A stretch of DNA of 56,803 nucleotides from Desulfobacterales bacterium. Lineage in GTDB: Bacteria > Desulfobacterota > Desulfobacteria > Desulfobacterales > SG8-13. Location: assembly GCA_037383965.1 (NCBI GenBank), contig JARROL010000007.1, positions 1 through 56,803 of the forward strand, read 5' to 3'. The notes beneath the pieces are model-generated. The model was not told the DNA's origin. It saw only the letters and a program-made list of their open reading frames with translations, and did no database searches. Position numbers and translations under genes: made by a program. This document shows, piece by piece, positions 56,038 through 56,803 of this stretch; the first letter of the stretch is position 1, and each line of letters starts with the position of its first letter.

Positions 56038-56679
56038 TCATGCAAGGGAGAAAAACACTTTGAACGAGATCAACTGCCCCCAGTCTCCCGACGTCCAGAC
56101 CTCCTTGAGCGTTCCGATGAAGAAGGTGAAGATAAACGTTCCGACGACAATGCCCAATCCCGTCCCGGCGACGTAATCCCAAAATCGCACTCGCGTCAGG
56201 CCCATGCCGAAATTCATGGGCGTAAAAGGAAAGTAGATCAGCCGCAGGTAGAGCACGGTAGCAAACCCGTTGCGTTCGATGGCCTCGTCATACTTTCTCA
56301 ATCGGTCGCCGACCAGAGAAGCGGCAAATTCGCGGCCGAGGGTGCGCCCGATAACAAAAGCCGCGCTGGCACCCAGCATCGCACCAAACCAAACATAGAT
56401 GAACCCCAGGTAAGGTCCGAAAATCGCGGCGCCCAGACCGGTCAGAAAGGTCCCCGGAACAAACAGGCAAACGCCCACCGTGTAGATGAGAATAAAGACC
56501 AGCGGTGCCCAGAAACCGGCTGTGTTCAGAAATCGCCCCAACTGTTCTGACGTCAAGTAGCCTTTCACCGGCGTGAAGCGAACCAGAACAATGGCACAGA
56601 CGATAAACGCCGCCAGGATGATGGCCTTGACAATCGCCTTGCTGCGGCTGACGGCCGGACCTTGTCCATTTTCTTTCAT
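56038..56679 (-). CDS. TVP38/TMEM64 (DedA-related) family membrane protein
   Basis: Polytopic protein with F.PGT.L....GA.FG...G......GA.LGA..AF..GR.LGR and LRL...PF...N...G. Confidence 0.8.
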   Translation of the reverse strand: MKENGQGPAVSRSKAIVKAIILAAFIVCAIVLVRFTPVKGYLTSEQLGRFLNTAGFWAPLVFILIYTVGVCLFVPGTFLTGLGAAIFGPYLGFIYVWFGAMLGASAAFVIGRTLGREFAASLVGDRLRKYDEAIERNGFATVLYLRLIYFPFTPMNFGMGLTRVRFWDYVAGTGLGIVVGTFIFTFFIGTLKEVWTSGDWGQLISFKVFFSLA

Positions 56680-56803
56680 ATATCGGCTCTACGGTTACGG
56701 TCGAGCTTCACGCAATTCAGGTAAAACAGCGGTGCCGCCGCCTTTCCGCCCCGGCCTCGGGTCGATACGCTCATGTTGTATACTCATCCAGGCTGCAGGC
56801 GCG

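Overview
GC-rich chromosomal segment whose gene content looks deltaproteobacterial (Desulfobacterota-like); this taxonomic call is inference only. Gene order, left to right:
- dnaE 3' end.
- A secreted YHS-domain protein whose frame reads through a UGA.
- A class III nucleotidyl cyclase, a methyltransferase and a SIMPL protein.
- A 10-gene type II secretion (T2SS) cluster, gspF-G-H-I-J-K-L-M-D-E, behind a sigma-54-type promoter.
- A CpxP-like gene divergent from a histidine kinase and OmpR-type regulator.
- A DUF1566 protein, then a USP plus TAXI-TRAP transporter.
- A GT2 glycosyltransferase and hrpA.
- A CoA-disulfide-reductase/NADH-oxidase homologue with UGA at the active-site Cys position.
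- A pentose-phosphate/glucokinase cluster (gnd-zwf-tkt-pgl-glk), then metY, rpiA and sppA.
- A DUF2064-GT2 fusion.
- A second (Cys) YHS protein with a DEP-domain disulfide reductase.
- A minus-strand operon: ABC importer, atypical kinase-like protein and an orphan 337-aa protein.
- acnA and a TVP38/DedA-like membrane protein.

I found no rRNA, tRNA, CRISPR array, transposase or recognisable defence system. Three things stand out:
1. Two probable selenoproteins, each with UGA aligned to Cys and a downstream hairpin.
2. At least four families of short interspersed intergenic repeats: a TIR-bounded MITE-like element, a composite element always co-oriented upstream of a central-metabolism gene, 9-nt tandem arrays abutting or entering start regions, and a near-identical 46-nt terminator module.
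3. An unusually high density of gene lesions. gspK, gspL, gnd and the DUF2064-GT gene carry internal deletions with a frame change, zwf and the ABC binding protein carry 1-nt frameshifts, and metY has an in-frame deletion. This means either real gene decay or assembly error.

All homology calls come from motif recognition by eye. No searches were run.
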